Assembly: GCF_006345805.1 (NCBI RefSeq)
Contig: NC_043001.1
Coordinates: forward strand, 21,948,001-22,012,000
Length of the DNA stretch: 64,000 nt
DNA from: Octopus sinensis
Taxonomy: Eukaryota
Direction: 5' to 3'
Below, piece by piece: positions 27,031-40,434 of this stretch. The first letter of the stretch is position 1; every line of letters starts with the position of its first letter. The notes under the pieces were generated by a model. The model was not told the DNA's origin. It made no database searches and was given only the letters and a program-made list of their open reading frames with translations. Both the position numbers and the translations under genes were made by a program.

Positions 27031-27420
27031 GTGTAGGAGTGGCTGTGTGGTAAGTAGCTTGCTTACCAACCACATAGTCCTGGGTTCAGTCCCACTACGT
27101 GGCACCTTGGGCAAGTGTCTTCTACTTAAGCCTCGGGATGACCAAAGCCTTGTGAGTGAATTTGGTAATCAGAAACTGAAAGAAGCCCATCGTATATATA
27201 TATATATATGTTTGTAGTTCTGTGTTTGTCCCACCCACCATCGCTTGGCAACCAATGTTGGTGTGTTTACGTTCCTGTAACTTAGCGGTTCAGCAAAAAA
27301 GATCGATAGAATAAGTACTAGGCTTATAAAGAATAAATCCTGAGTTCAATTTGTTCAACTAAAGGTGGTGCTCCAACATGGCTGCAGTCAAATGACTGAA
27401 ACAAATAAAAGAATGAAAGA
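27031..27420 (+). mobile_element. SINE family 1
   Basis: Family sequence. Confidence 0.85.
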
Positions 27421-27578
27421 AAGAATATATTCTGGAATGTTTTGAATGGGATTTTGAAAAAAGATTCTCACGTGGAAAGCCAAATAAATTGAAAACAAAA
27501 CAAGAATAAGCAAGCAATTCTAGGCAGGTGGGGGGAAACTTTGAATTTCTGAGATGAGGAATTATCATTTTTATATAA

Positions 27579-27900
27579 CTGGCGCTCCATCGGTTATGAT
27601 GATGAGTGTTCTAGTTGATCCGATCAATGAAACAACCTGCTCATTAAATTAACATGCAAGTGGCTGTGTACTCCACAAGACAAACGTACCTGTAACGTAG
27701 TTCTCAGGGAGATTCAGCATGACACAGAATGTGACAAGGCTGGCCCTTTTGAATAACAGGTACAACTCATTTTGGCCAGCTGGGTGGACTGGAATAGCAT
27801 GAAATAAAGTGTCTTGCTCAAGGACACAATGCGTGGCCAGGAATTGAACTCATGTCTTTACGATTGTGAGCCAAATACTATAACTACTAAGCCACATGCC
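27579..27900 (-). mobile_element. tRNA-derived SINE family 3
   Basis: Minus-strand head ggcatgtggcttagtagtt...gagttcaattcc (A/B-box-like) followed by ttgtgtccttgagcaagacact. Confidence 0.7.
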
Positions 27901-28384
27901 TTCACATTACCATTATTATGCACTGATTTATTCAGATTAGTGTCCCAATCTTTCAGCCATTCTACAGTCTGACCTTCTTCATGTGCCTGCTGCATTTGGT
28001 AGCATTCTTGTAATTTTTAACCAAACCATGAAGCCCATGTCCATGCCTGGGATATTTTAGTATTTGTTATTCTCGTAGTTTTGATGCCATGTGTCTATGT
28101 AATGCACACACACACATTTCTTTTATTAATTTGCTTAGGCATAGCGATACAAATAACCTGTCATTAGAACTATATATATATCATCATCATCGTTTAACGT
28201 CCGCTTTCCATGCTGGCATGGGTTGGACGATTTTGACTGAGGACTGGCAAACCAGATGGCTGCACCAGGCTCCAATCTTGATCTGGCAGAGTTTCTACAG
28301 CTGAATGCCCTTCCTAATGCCAACCACTCCTAGAGTGTAGTGGGTGCTTTTATATATATATCCTGCACAAAAAAAAATGTGGCT

Positions 28385-28750
28385 CAGAAGCTTGCTGCCC
28401 AACCATGTGGTTCTGGGTTCAGACCCACTGTGTAGCACCTTGGGCAAGTGTCTTCTACTATAGCCTCGGGCCAATCAAAGCCTTGTGAGTGGATTTGGTA
28501 GGTGGAAACTGAAAGATGCCTGTCATGTATATATGTGTATATATATTTATGTGTGTGTGTCTTTGTGTTTGTCCCGCCCCCACCAACAAATAATGTTGAT
28601 GTGTTTACGTCCCTGTAACTTAGCAGTTTGACAAAAGCGACCGATAGAATAAGTACTAGGCTTACAAAGAATAAGTCTTGGGGTCGATTTCTTTGACTAA
28701 AGGTGGCGTTCCAGCATGGCCACAGTCAAATGACTGAAACTTCTAAAAGA
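28385..28750 (+). mobile_element. SINE family 1
   Basis: Family sequence. Confidence 0.8.
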
Positions 28751-28781
28751 GTATCAATCAAGTACAGAACAGTAATAAGAA

Positions 28782-29013
28782 ATTAAATAAATGACAAGGG
28801 AATAAGAAATTATGTTATGAGCTTCATTAGCTTACAACTGTTTCTGCTATAGTTAAGTGCTTGTGCATCACCCTATAGTTTCATCAGAACTTCAGTAATA
28901 AAGTGCAATTTTATTTGGGAAAGCATTTACATTTATCTATGTAAAGAAAGCATTACCATAAAAAAATAAGCTTCTTCATGACATAATTTCTTATTCCCTT
29001 GTCATTTATTTAA
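28782..29013. mobile_element. Short element with terminal inverted repeats of about 42 bp and an internal hammerhead-like motif
   Basis: attaaataaatgacaagggaataagaaattatgttatga at the left end and its reverse complement at 28975-29013. Confidence 0.8.
28829..28891 (-). ncRNA. Minimal type I hammerhead ribozyme motif (Penelope-like), partly degenerate
   Basis: Minus strand: agtt-CTGATGA-aa-ctatag-ggtg..cact-taa-ctatag-ca-GAAA-cagtt-GTA-agct. Helices I, II and a 2-bp helix III can form; helix II closure is mismatched. Confidence 0.55.
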
Positions 29014-29231
29014 TCTTTTGGTACACACACATATATAAACAATAGATAATGAAATGTAACAGTGCCATAGTCACAAAGTTGTGCCCAGAGAGATCAGAAT
29101 CTTAAATTTCAAATTCTTTCTCAGGATGAGATAGTCCAAAGGTGGATGAGTTGGCTAGCAGAAAGATTGAATTTGAGCATGTATAGAGATAGAAAAACAA
29201 AAAATAACAACAAGCATAAAGTATGTGGTAT

Positions 29232-29480
29232 ATATGAAAAGTTGTGTATACAATTTACCTCATATCTTTACAGCTGTTTCAAGTGGGCACTGACTAGTTG
29301 ATATGATAATGCATATTATACAAGCAGGTGCAATACTGAGGTAATATTATAGATATACATAAAAGCAAAATAAAGTAATAACTAGCACATATTTTTCAGG
29401 AGAGTCACTGACCATTTGAAACAGCTGTAAAGATAGGTCTTGATTACATCATGTAATTTGTATATGCAACTTTTCATTTA
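29232..29480. mobile_element. Degenerate foldback element with GAAACAGCTGTA in both arms
   Basis: atctttacagctgtttcaa (left) versus ttgaaacagctgtaaagat (right); outer arms also pair. Confidence 0.65.
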
Positions 29481-32051
29481 AACATATTCCTTACATCTGT
29501 TATCATTTGTCAGTCTTTCTATTTATATACGAAAGAGAAATTCACTAACCCAAGTATTGAACTTATGCCCACCAGTTAAACTGCAGTTCTTAACACTTAA
29601 TCAATGCTTATAATCTCTTATAATTTTCATCACTTAATTGTTCTACAGAACAATCGCATAGTGAATATGTGTTGATTGCAGCTTAATGGTAGACATGATC
29701 AGTCTTGAGTCAATGGATCTCTCTCTCTATTTATATATATATATGTATACACACACACATAAAGTCACTAATCACTTAACGTTCACTTTCCATGTTGGCA
29801 TGGTTTAGATGGTTTGCCAGTGAGCTGCGGTGCTACATCAGGCTCCAATGCCATCATGGGTTTAAAGGGAATGAGCATGTAGCATCAGAAGAGCAGTAGT
29901 GATTAATACTAGAATATCCTAATCCTGGACAACTCAATATAAACAATCTACTCCCATGTCTTTTAAATAAAAGATTATCTGAAACATTGAAAATATTGCT
30001 GAATATGACAGGCACTTGAAGAAGGCTAGAAGATACAACAGCTAAATTGATGTGACTATAACAGGCAATATGAGGACACTAGTCTAAATAAGTGTATGTG
30101 TCCTGTGGTTAAATTATAAGGATTTTGGTAAATTTGAATGGGGGATCAGACCAGGTGGTTTCATCTTCCTTAAGCCTTCCTTATTCAGGGTGTGTTCTTA
30201 GTTATGTAAAACCTATGTCCTTCATCATTTTGTTTAGTTTTAATAAGTAGTTTTATGGTACATATGTCAGTGATCTCTGAAGAGTCTCCAAGATGGAAAC
30301 TAATCAATATGATCCTCATTCTAGGTTGCTGAAACCCTTATGGTTTTGCTAAGAGCTTAAATTTCATAGCAAGGCTAATATGCTGATTAAACAGAAATAG
30401 AACGCCATATACATATATCTCACCGTATTATATATGGGGATATATTGGGGATTAAAACATTTTTTTTTTTGGTTCCTGAAATTGCATGAATAAACACTTT
30501 CCAAAAATCTGATTTGTGATTATTATTATTATTTTCAATTTTTATTCTCATATCATTGTTTTGATCTCTCAATTCTGTTTTTTTTTTATAAAATAAGATA
30601 TTTTACTTATTTTTAAAATTATTTTAATAAGAAAAAATTTAATTCAAATTTTATTTTAATTAATGATATTTCCTGTGTAATGGTTCGACAGTTGAATAAA
30701 TCTGGTTATTTTATCAGATTTTCAATTCAAATTGCATAATCTTCATTTTTTAAATCCCAAATTTTAATCATCTTTCCTAATTTTGCTTACAAATTGATTC
30801 ATTTTTTTTTGTGTATTTGAAGATATTTAGAATACGTTATTCTAATATTTCTAACCAGTTCGTTTTTCCATAAACGCACCAGATTTATAACAGTTAAAAA
30901 TTATTTCAAGAATCTATTATGTAGCCTACTGTGGAAATTTTGTAAATTTCTAAAATGTTTTATCTAGCTGTTCCTTCCATTTATCACAACAAGAGCATTG
31001 AAGTAGCTCTTACCATTTAACATTTATTCAATGATATTGTGAAATATTTGTTTCTAATATTTGATTATTATTATTATTATTATATAAATGAATGAATGAA
31101 GAAAATATATTATCATTATATTGGCCATCACTCAAAGCATCGCTACTCTGTTCCTCTATTTAGGTCTGTTCAGCTCTTTTATGCTTTTGTGTTTTGTGTT
31201 TTTGTTGTTGTTGTTATCTGCGTTGTTGCTTGGTTCGTTATTCATGACTAGCTATTGGTGCCTACACTCTGCAATACACGGCTCTTACTTGTAAGATGTA
31301 CTTGCTCGAAAGAGTGTGTGTGGGTTATATTAAGCTATCGATTGATTGATTAGGTTGCTTAGGCACACAGTCTCAGTAGTATATGTAGTAGCAGTAGTTG
31401 CTGCATTAAGTATAAGCTGCTCCTGCTGCTGCCATCACTGTTGTTGCCTGTTTCTTAACTAATATAGCATTGTTAGAGCTAGCTTGCCAGCTCTCAGCTA
31501 GGATGTAATTCTGACTTCATACACAGAAAGGAAGGGGAGTGAGAGTAGGTCAACTTGCTTATTTGGTCAGCAAGCCAGGCTAGCCTTTCTTCTTGGCTTA
31601 CACATCTTGCTATTCCATGTTATGTACTAATATTGTAATTACATATGTACAATGTTTAAGCTACCAATTGTATTATTTGTAGAAGATATGTGTTTGGCTT
31701 GTGTTATAGCAAAAATCACAGCAGAGGAAATATTATGGAAGCTCTGAAAGTGATTCTGCAGCTTCCATTTTTTTGCTAATCACTTCATGCTTTTAACACT
31801 TGTGTTTGGAGTGAAGATCCCATTATATTGAATACTATTAAAGATTTTAACTGTTTATAATAATTCTTTCTTTTTTTTTTTTTATTCCTAAATTCGATGG
31901 GAATTTTGAGAAAAAAAAATGTCTGAAAATATAAACATTATTGGATGTATAAATTTTATATCTATTAGTAGTAATAATTATTTCTTGCATAGGCACAGTG
32001 CCAATACTTCTAGTCCCTTTAAAATATCTCAGATTTTTGTAAAAGAGACAA

Positions 32052-32082
<31 letters not shown>

Positions 32083-33547
32083 GATTTATTTGCTTCGTTT
32101 TTTTTTGTCTTTTTTTGCGTATTTTATCTGATATCATTATAGCTATGATAATTCATCTGAATAATTATGATCTTATGGATTAGAAGCTCAAAAAAAATGA
32201 CCACTAGATATAGATTTTTCTTTTTCTGCCAATTCCCCCAAAATATGACTGAAGCTGTGGTTCATTAATTATAGAGAGACGAGAATTTGAAATAGGCATA
32301 TTCTGTAAAAAAAAATGTATCTGATCTGGCACAGAACCAAGCGCACACAAACTACTACTATAGCAGCCTTCTCGGAGTTCAAGAGGTTCACTAAATTCCA
32401 CTTGCTGATTGGCCTATCAGCACTGCAAAATCATTTAAATTGCACTTTTGGCAACTGTGCATGCTGGAGCTGGTGGACAGCTGTGCATTGCCAGTTGGAC
32501 TGTTAAATTTACCTTATACAATTCATATAATAATGAAATATAATTTTCCATAAAAAGCTAAGATGCTTCACAATGTGAGAGTATCCTCACATTTTGATAC
32601 TTAATTGCACTGAGCTTCAGTCCCATGCCTCTTGCAAGCACCTGCTGGAAACCTGACAACTATTTTGTGGTATATCTGTAGTATCACTGCTTAGCTAATA
32701 TTGATTTGTCTCTCTCTGTGCTCTCCCTTCACAGCATCTTTTGTTTCACTCAGTCTAAGTGAGGTTATAATTTTCCATTATAATATCTAAAATGCTGTTT
32801 TAAATAGCAGCAATTTTATTAGTATTTTTATCATTATTTTTTATTAAACAAAATGTTTTTCTTACTTCAGTATATTGTGGGGTACCTGCTATTATGACTA
32901 CCTACCACAGATCTGAAATGATAATAGAGCAGTCAGAGGTGACATGTTTTCTTCTACTGAATTAATAAAATTTATAAAGAATTATAAAAAAAAATTTCTT
33001 TCTCTCTCTGTAAAAGGAAAGAGAAATGTGCCAGAAATATTGATTGGCTTGGATGGTTATAATTTGAATTATCATGTTAATTTTTTGAAGTAGAAGGAAA
33101 TGAAACACTTTATCTATCTTGTACTGCAAGCCATGAAAAAAAAAATCTATTTTAAGAAAATTGACTCTTTTGATATTTATGAGGTATAGAGGAAAACATT
33201 TTTATAGAATAATTTTAATTTGAAATAATCTTTCTATCAGTTGAAAATAAATTGGGTCTATGAAACATAACTCTGCTTGTTTTGAGGATCAGACTTTTCA
33301 CTCCTAGAAAAGTATTCCAAATTTCTCTACCTGGGAATATATTAAATTATGACATAATTGTTTACTCTCTCTAGAAACGGCCTCGTCTTAAAAGAATTCA
33401 AGGCCTCTTCTGTGGTTGGCAGAGTATGAGATAGTTTATTGTTGAGAGTATCTACACGGGCTACATTAATAGCTGAAGGCTTAATATTAGTAATTCTTAG
33501 TTAGCCTTTGAAACGAAGTATTTCTGTTTATTATGTTTTAAAGAGAA

Positions 33548-34343
33548 ATTTCTGTTAGAATTGTAAATTGTTTAGGCCTTCTCTTCAGAATCAGAACAGC
33601 TGCTGACTCTATCTGAGGTACAAGGGCAACCCATACTAAAGTACTTTTCGTGTATCTGAGACAGAACAGCTGTTATATACATGCGCGCATGCACACACAC
33701 ACACCCACACATATTCAAAACCAGTGGTTCTCAACCATTTTTTTTTTACCTATGGACCCCTTTGATTGCTATTCTACTCTGTTGGATCCCCCATAGCCAT
33801 TTGATGTTTAAATAAAATCCCATTATATTCTTATAGTTGAATATCATTAGGAATTGTTTAAAAAAATTGAAATATTTTGTGTACTGTAAAAGCATAAGCA
33901 ATTTTATCACACAAATTTTAACGACAAAATCTTATATGGATTCTAGTTGAGAACCACTGTACCAGACCATACCCCTTTAAATTTGCCTACTGTTATAGGT
34001 CCCTCTTTCATTGTTCCTTCTGTTTTTACTGCTGGAGTTCCTGCATACTGTCCTTATCAAAGACCACTTGTCTTTCTTCTTATTTCTTTATTGCCCACAA
34101 GGGGCTAAACATAGAGGGGACAAACAAGGACAAAGGGTTTAAGTCAATTACATCAACCCAGTGTGTAACTGATACTTAATTTATCGACCCCAAAAGGATG
34201 AAATAGGTATTTCTGTTAGAATTGTAAATTGTTTAAGCCTTCTCTTCAGAATCAGAACAGCTGCTGAATCTGTCTGAGGTACAAGGGCAACCCATACTAA
34301 AGTACTTCTCATGCATTTGAGACAGAACAGCTGTTATATACAT
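33548..34343 (+). repeat. 135-bp direct duplication (33548-33682 and 34209-34343), about 7 substitutions
   Basis: Visual alignment; no similarity to other repeats in the window. Confidence 0.92.
33722..33959. mobile_element. hAT MITE, same family as 17485-17706
   Basis: cagtggttctcaac / gttgagaaccactg TIRs; TSD degenerate. Confidence 0.8.
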
Positions 34344-34345
34344 AC

Positions 34346-34578
34346 TATTTCTTTACTACCCACAAGGGGCTAATCACAGAGAGGACAAACAAGGACAGAC
34401 AAACAGATGAAGTCGATTATATCGACCCCAGTGTGCGTAACTGGTACTTATTTGATCGATCCCGAAAGTATGAAAGGCAAAGTTGACCTTGGCGGAATTT
34501 GAACTCAGAACATAACAGCAGATGAATTACCGCCAAGCATTTTGCCCGGCGTGCTAACGTTTCTGCCAGCTCGCTGCC
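34346..34578 (-). mobile_element. SINE family 2
   Basis: Family sequence. Confidence 0.85.
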
Positions 34579-35076
34579 TTTCTTATCATCTTTAGTGTGC
34601 CTCACATCCAAACCTTGCACCATTTACTTTACCTAAAACCTCAGAACTGGAACTCCTTTCTTGTTCCCCATTTCTCTACAAGCATCAAACTACTCACTGG
34701 CTGCACTTATTTTATATCCTTGGGGGAGAGAGGACACACTAATTAAACTATGGCAAAATGTTGAACTGTTTAATTATACAACCTAGCTGTATTGTTAACT
34801 GTTGAGTCATAATTAGACTTTAAAACATGTTGTTTAGTTTCATCAGATCCTTCAGCTTTTCTAATAATTATCCAACCATATCATCCATCTTAATTATGAA
34901 TGATTTATCTTTTAGAAGATACGGTCAATTTCATAAATATGACTCAAGCTGTACTAAACAAAAATGTTTGAACTCATTTTGCAACCACACGGTTTTGAGT
35001 TCAGTCCCACTATACAACAATTTCTACTTTGGTCCTGGGCCAGCCAATGTCTTGTGAGTGAATCTGATAGACAGAA

Positions 35077-35114
<38 letters not shown>

Positions 35115-36127
35115 TTGGCCGTTTGCCAACCTGCTCTGGCCCCTGTGCCGGTGGCATGTAAAAAACACCCACTACACTCACGGAGTGGTTGGCGTTAGGA
35201 AGGGCATCCAGCTGTAGAAACACTGCCAAATTAGACTGGAGCCTGGTGCAGCCTCCATGGCTTACCAGACCCCAGTCGAACCGTCCAACCCATGCTAGCA
35301 TGGAAAACGGACGTTAAATGGTGATGATGATGATGTCTGTCTGTCTTTGTGATTATGTTTGTGTCCCCCTGCTGCTTGGACAATTGGTGTTGGTTTGTTT
35401 ACATCCCTGTAACTTAGCAATTCAGCAAAATAGATCGATAACTTAAGTTCCAGGCTAAAGAAAGAAAAAAATGCTGGGATTGATTTGTTTGGCTTAACCC
35501 TTCAAGGCAGTGCCCCAGCATGGCCACAGTCCAATAACTGAAACAAGTGAAAGCTGAAAGGTAGTTCTAGCAGCAGAAATTACATTCACCTAAAGTTTCT
35601 GATCTCATGCAAGAACTTTGGAATTTATTTTGTTTCAATATTTCTGGGATTAGGTACATTTCAGCTTGGATATTGGTTAATCTTCACTTTAGGATTATTA
35701 TCGACCCCTTTCAATTTGCTTGACTATGTATGATATTAAAAAGTAATGTTAGATAAAGACAAGGTCTTTTTAATAAATAATAGTGGCTGTGTGGTCAGAA
35801 GCTTGCTTCCCAACCACATGGTTCCAGGTTCAGTCCCACTGCGTGGCACCGTAGGCAAGTGTCTTCTACTATAGCCTTGTGCTGACCCAAAATTTTGTGA
35901 GTGGATTTGGTTGACGGAAACTGAAAGAAGCTCCTTGTATGCTTGTGTGTGTGTGTATATACACGTTATTGTTCAGTGAAAATTAAACACATGTTTAAAT
36001 GATAGTCTGCCAACAATGCCTACTTATTTTTAATTATAAAACCAGTATTTATACAGTGGTTACTCAGTGGTTATTACAGTGTTTGTATTTTATATGTTTA
36101 TACAGCGGTTACTCAGTGGTGTTTGTG

Positions 36128-36167
<40 letters not shown>

Positions 36168-38199
36168 TATACATGTCTATCTGTGTCCCTCCACCATTGC
36201 TTGACACTGATGTTGGTGTGTTTATGATAGAATAAGTATTAGGCTTACAAAGAATAAGTCCTGGGGTCAGTTTGTTTGACTAAAGGTGGTGCTCCAGCAT
36301 TGCCACAATCAAATGACTGAAACAAGTAAAAAAAGTATACAGAAAAACAAAAATTGTGTTCTGTAGTGTGGTTTACTTTAAAACATCACCAACTGAGTAA
36401 GAGTGATGTTGTTGTCAAAGATGTAGAATTTAAAAGGCAGCAGTTCTACTTAAAGTCACCCCATTTCAAGGTCAGGTCATCCATAATTTTCTTACAGTAT
36501 TCTTTTCGAGTTTAATTGGTACTGGGTTCTCCAGGTGGATTTTTTTCTTTCTTCTTGTTTTTGTAATCTTGTATCATCATCATCATCATCATCACTGTTT
36601 TGATATCCAGTTTTCCATGCTTGTATGAATCAGACAGAGTTTACTGAGGCGGAATATTTATGGCTGGGTTGCCAGACAGGTTCTCACAGAATATTGGGAA
36701 TGAATGCCACTGCTTGTATGACAGTGGCACAACTATCACATGATGCTAAGATAAGGAGGTGCATACGCATGCACACACGCACAATCACACACTCTCTCTC
36801 TCTCTTTCTCATGCACATATAATGAGCTTCTTTCCATTTCTGTCTACCGAATCCACTCACAAGGCTTTTGAGCAGTCTGGAGTATACTATAATAGAAGAC
36901 ACTTGTCCAAGGTGCCACATTGTGGGACTGAACCTGAAACCATGCTGTTGGGATGTAAACTTCTTAAACAGAACATGTATTATATATTGGGTTAAGGCCT
37001 CCATTCAAAACCCCTTGCCAGTTCTCATAAACATTAGCAAGTATAACCAAGTGCTAAGCATCCACCCTTATCCATAGGAAAGGAATTGAATTCCATGGTG
37101 GTGCCATATATTTTAAAAGCTTACAGTTTGCTCGTAATTATCAAGTATTTATCTAATCAGATTAAATGTGCAAGTGTCATCCTTGATTACTTGTCTGTAA
37201 GCAATATTGACAATTGCTTTAAAGGTAAAGCTGTGTGATAACATGAATAGAACAATTAAAGTAGAAAAATGACTTGTAGCTAACCTAATTCAAGAAATTG
37301 TGATCAATACTCTCCAGTTTAGATAAGTACCATATATAAAAGTTCTTTTTAAAATCACATCAGCAGAGAACATTTTTGTTAGAGCAGAATAATGTATATA
37401 TGCAAGTAAATATGTCAGATGTACTCTCTCTCTCTTTTACTCTTTTACTTGTTTCAGTCATTTTACTTGTTTCAGTCGAGCAAATCGACCCCGGGACTTA
37501 TTCTTTGTAAGCCCAGTACTTATTCTATTGGTCTCTTTTGCCGAACCGCTAAGTTACAGGGACGTAAACACACCAGCATCAGTTGTCAAGCAATGCTAGG
37601 GGACAAACACACACACGCATATATATACATATATACGACAGGCTTCTTTCAGTTTCCGTCTACCAAATCCACTCACAAGGGATTGGTCGGCCCAGGGCTA
37701 TAGCAGAAGACACTTGCCCAAGATGCCATGCAGTGGGACTGAACCCAGAACCATGTGGTTCGTAAGCAAGCTACTTACCACACAGCCACTCCTGCGCCTT
37801 TTCTCGTCATTAATATAAGAGCATCAGAAAATGTTTCTGAATGCAGTTATATTTGCAGTTATTTTTGTACCAAAGTTTAAAGATTGATTCAGGTTACTCT
37901 TTGTCAGTCTATAAATTCAGGTGTATATTTGCTGACAATGTTTTAATTCTATATAATTCTATATAACAATGCTCGTTTATCTGCGGAGCAGTTATTGTTC
38001 AATGAAAATTAAACACAAGGTTAAATGATGGTGTGCCAACAATGCCTACTTATTTTTAATTATAAAACCAGTGTTTGCATTTTATATGTTTACACAGTGG
38101 TTACTCAGTGGTTGTTATGAAACATCAACAAATGAAAGGGCCCCAACCAGCCATTGATCATAATCAAAAGCATCAGCATGATTGCTTTAACATCTATTT

Positions 38200-38680
38200 G
38201 TCTATAAGTCGGATAGGGATGCAGCACAGAGCTATTTGTCTCGATCCTTTGTCACCTGACTGTCCCAGCATCTTGAGATTTTGTCATCACTCCTCTTGTC
38301 TTCTGCAGCCTTCTTCTATTTCACACACTTTTCACTATCAGCACACTGCAAAGCTCTCATCAATGATTTACACTACATGTCTGTACCGGTACTGTTGGTT
38401 TTCCAGCATAAATTGGCCCGTGCCCAACTCTTCTGAGCTCATTTACTCTCTACCTTTCATGCATGCCAAAATTACACATCCTATTGATCAGAGTAAACTC
38501 ATTTCTCTCCAGTTAAAACAACTTTCACAAATCATTAATCTTCCCCTAATTTTCTTAGCATCTTCCTCACCGCAGGTCATCAAACAATATCAAAGGACTC
38601 TTGCAGACTGATCAATCCATAAACATTAACTGCAACTTATCAAAATTAATCCTCAGATTATTCGATCCCCCGCAGTTTGA
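38200..38680 (-). pseudogene. Old, internally deleted RTE RT remnant
   Basis: Minus-strand fragments resembling MLRKLG..W.VKVV and TKDRD.W, with many stops. Confidence 0.45.
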
Positions 38681-39746
38681 GGTATAAGGCTGCTATAATC
38701 ACCTCTCTCCTCTGTATCTCTTTTGCTTCTGTAGCAGTTTTCAATGATATTGCTTCTGTGACTAATTACCTTTATATCAAGTACTTTCATCATCTTATTG
38801 GACTCTCTTTGATAGACCCTACTTTCATGCTCTCAGATGATTACTAACCATGCCGCTACAAGTCCCTGTAACTGTCTTCTCACTGAGTAGGAGTGAACTT
38901 TTCACTATCTTACACGTTCCTCCTTCACAAAATATTTTAATGGCCATTTTTAATCCTCGATTGAAATTGATGTTGCTGTTAATTTAAGCAGTCTCTGGAC
39001 TTGTTGGTGGTTAAATATAGGGTTTGAGTATCTGTAGAAAAGTTTGTGCCACTGGGGCAAAATTCTAAAATCCAAGAATCTAGGAAGCGTCATTTGCCAC
39101 TCTTTTTGTATGAAATCATTTCCATTTCAACAGTTGTGTATATATTTGATAAAATTTGAGGACCAGGTTTATGGAATGAATTTGTCAAAGCAAAGTTTTG
39201 TGACTACCTGTCTCCCTCTTTTGCACACATATTTCAATTTATAAAATTCAACTTGTGTGTGTGTGTGTGTCCATGCATAGGACCTTTTCCATTTCTAAGC
39301 ATATGAAACAGCAATTGCTCTGTTGAATAAACTATCCCACCTATACTAGCATGAATAATTGAGATGAAAAACAAACCCTCTTGGCTTAAATGATTTATAG
39401 GAAACAATACAGAATCATTATCAATGATTTAAAATTAGATAATTAGTTTACGTAGAAGAAAACGGAGGGTAACTGCTTACTAAAAATGAGTTAAACGTGG
39501 AGCTTTTCAACTGTTTCTTTTGAGAATTAACTACTTAGAAATTTACATATTGTGGTAATAAAATAGATTTGCAACATTGTGGCTAAGAAGTTTGCTTCCC
39601 AACCACATGGGTTTAGATTCATTCTCACTGTGGCACCTTGGGGAAGTCTTCTACTATAGCTCTGAGCTGACCAAAGCCTTGCGAGTGAATTTGGTAGATA
39701 GAAACTGAAGGAAGCCTGTTGTGTAGGTGTGTCTTTGTTTTGACAT

Positions 39747-39923
39747 TGCGCAGGAGTGGCTGTGTGGTAAGTAGCTTGCTTACCAACCACATGGTTCCAG
39801 GTTCAGTCCCACTGAGGCACCTTGAGAAAGTGTCTTCTACTATAGCCTCGGGCCGACCAAAGCCTTGTGAGTGGATTTGGTAGACGGAAACTGAAAGAAG
39901 CCCGTTGTATATATGTATATGCA

Positions 39924-39954
<31 letters not shown>

Positions 39955-39983
39955 GCATATATATATATATATATGTATATGCA

Positions 39984-40052
<69 letters not shown>

Positions 40053-40401
40053 GCATATACATGTATATGCATATATATCATCATCATCATCATTTAGCGT
40101 CCGCTTTCCATGCTGGCATGGGTTGGACAGTGCAACTGGGGTCTGGGAAGCCAGAAGGCTGTACCAGGCCCAGTCTGATCTGGCAATGTTTCTATGGCTG
40201 GATGCCCTTCCTAACGCCAACCACTCCATGAATGTAGTGGGTGTTTTTTACGTGTCACCGGCACAGGTGCCAGGCAAGGCTGGCAAACGGCTACGATCGG
40301 ATGGTGCTTTTTACGTGCCACTGGCACGGAGGCATATGCATATATATGTATATATATATATATGCATATATATATGTATATGCATATATATATGTATATG
40401 C

Positions 40402-40434
<33 letters not shown>

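Noticed and set aside
31156-31245. Minus-strand 29-aa ORF MNNEPSNNADNNNNKNTKHKSIKELNRPK
   Set aside because: Short, driven by an (AAC)n tract, with no convincing splice donor or homology.
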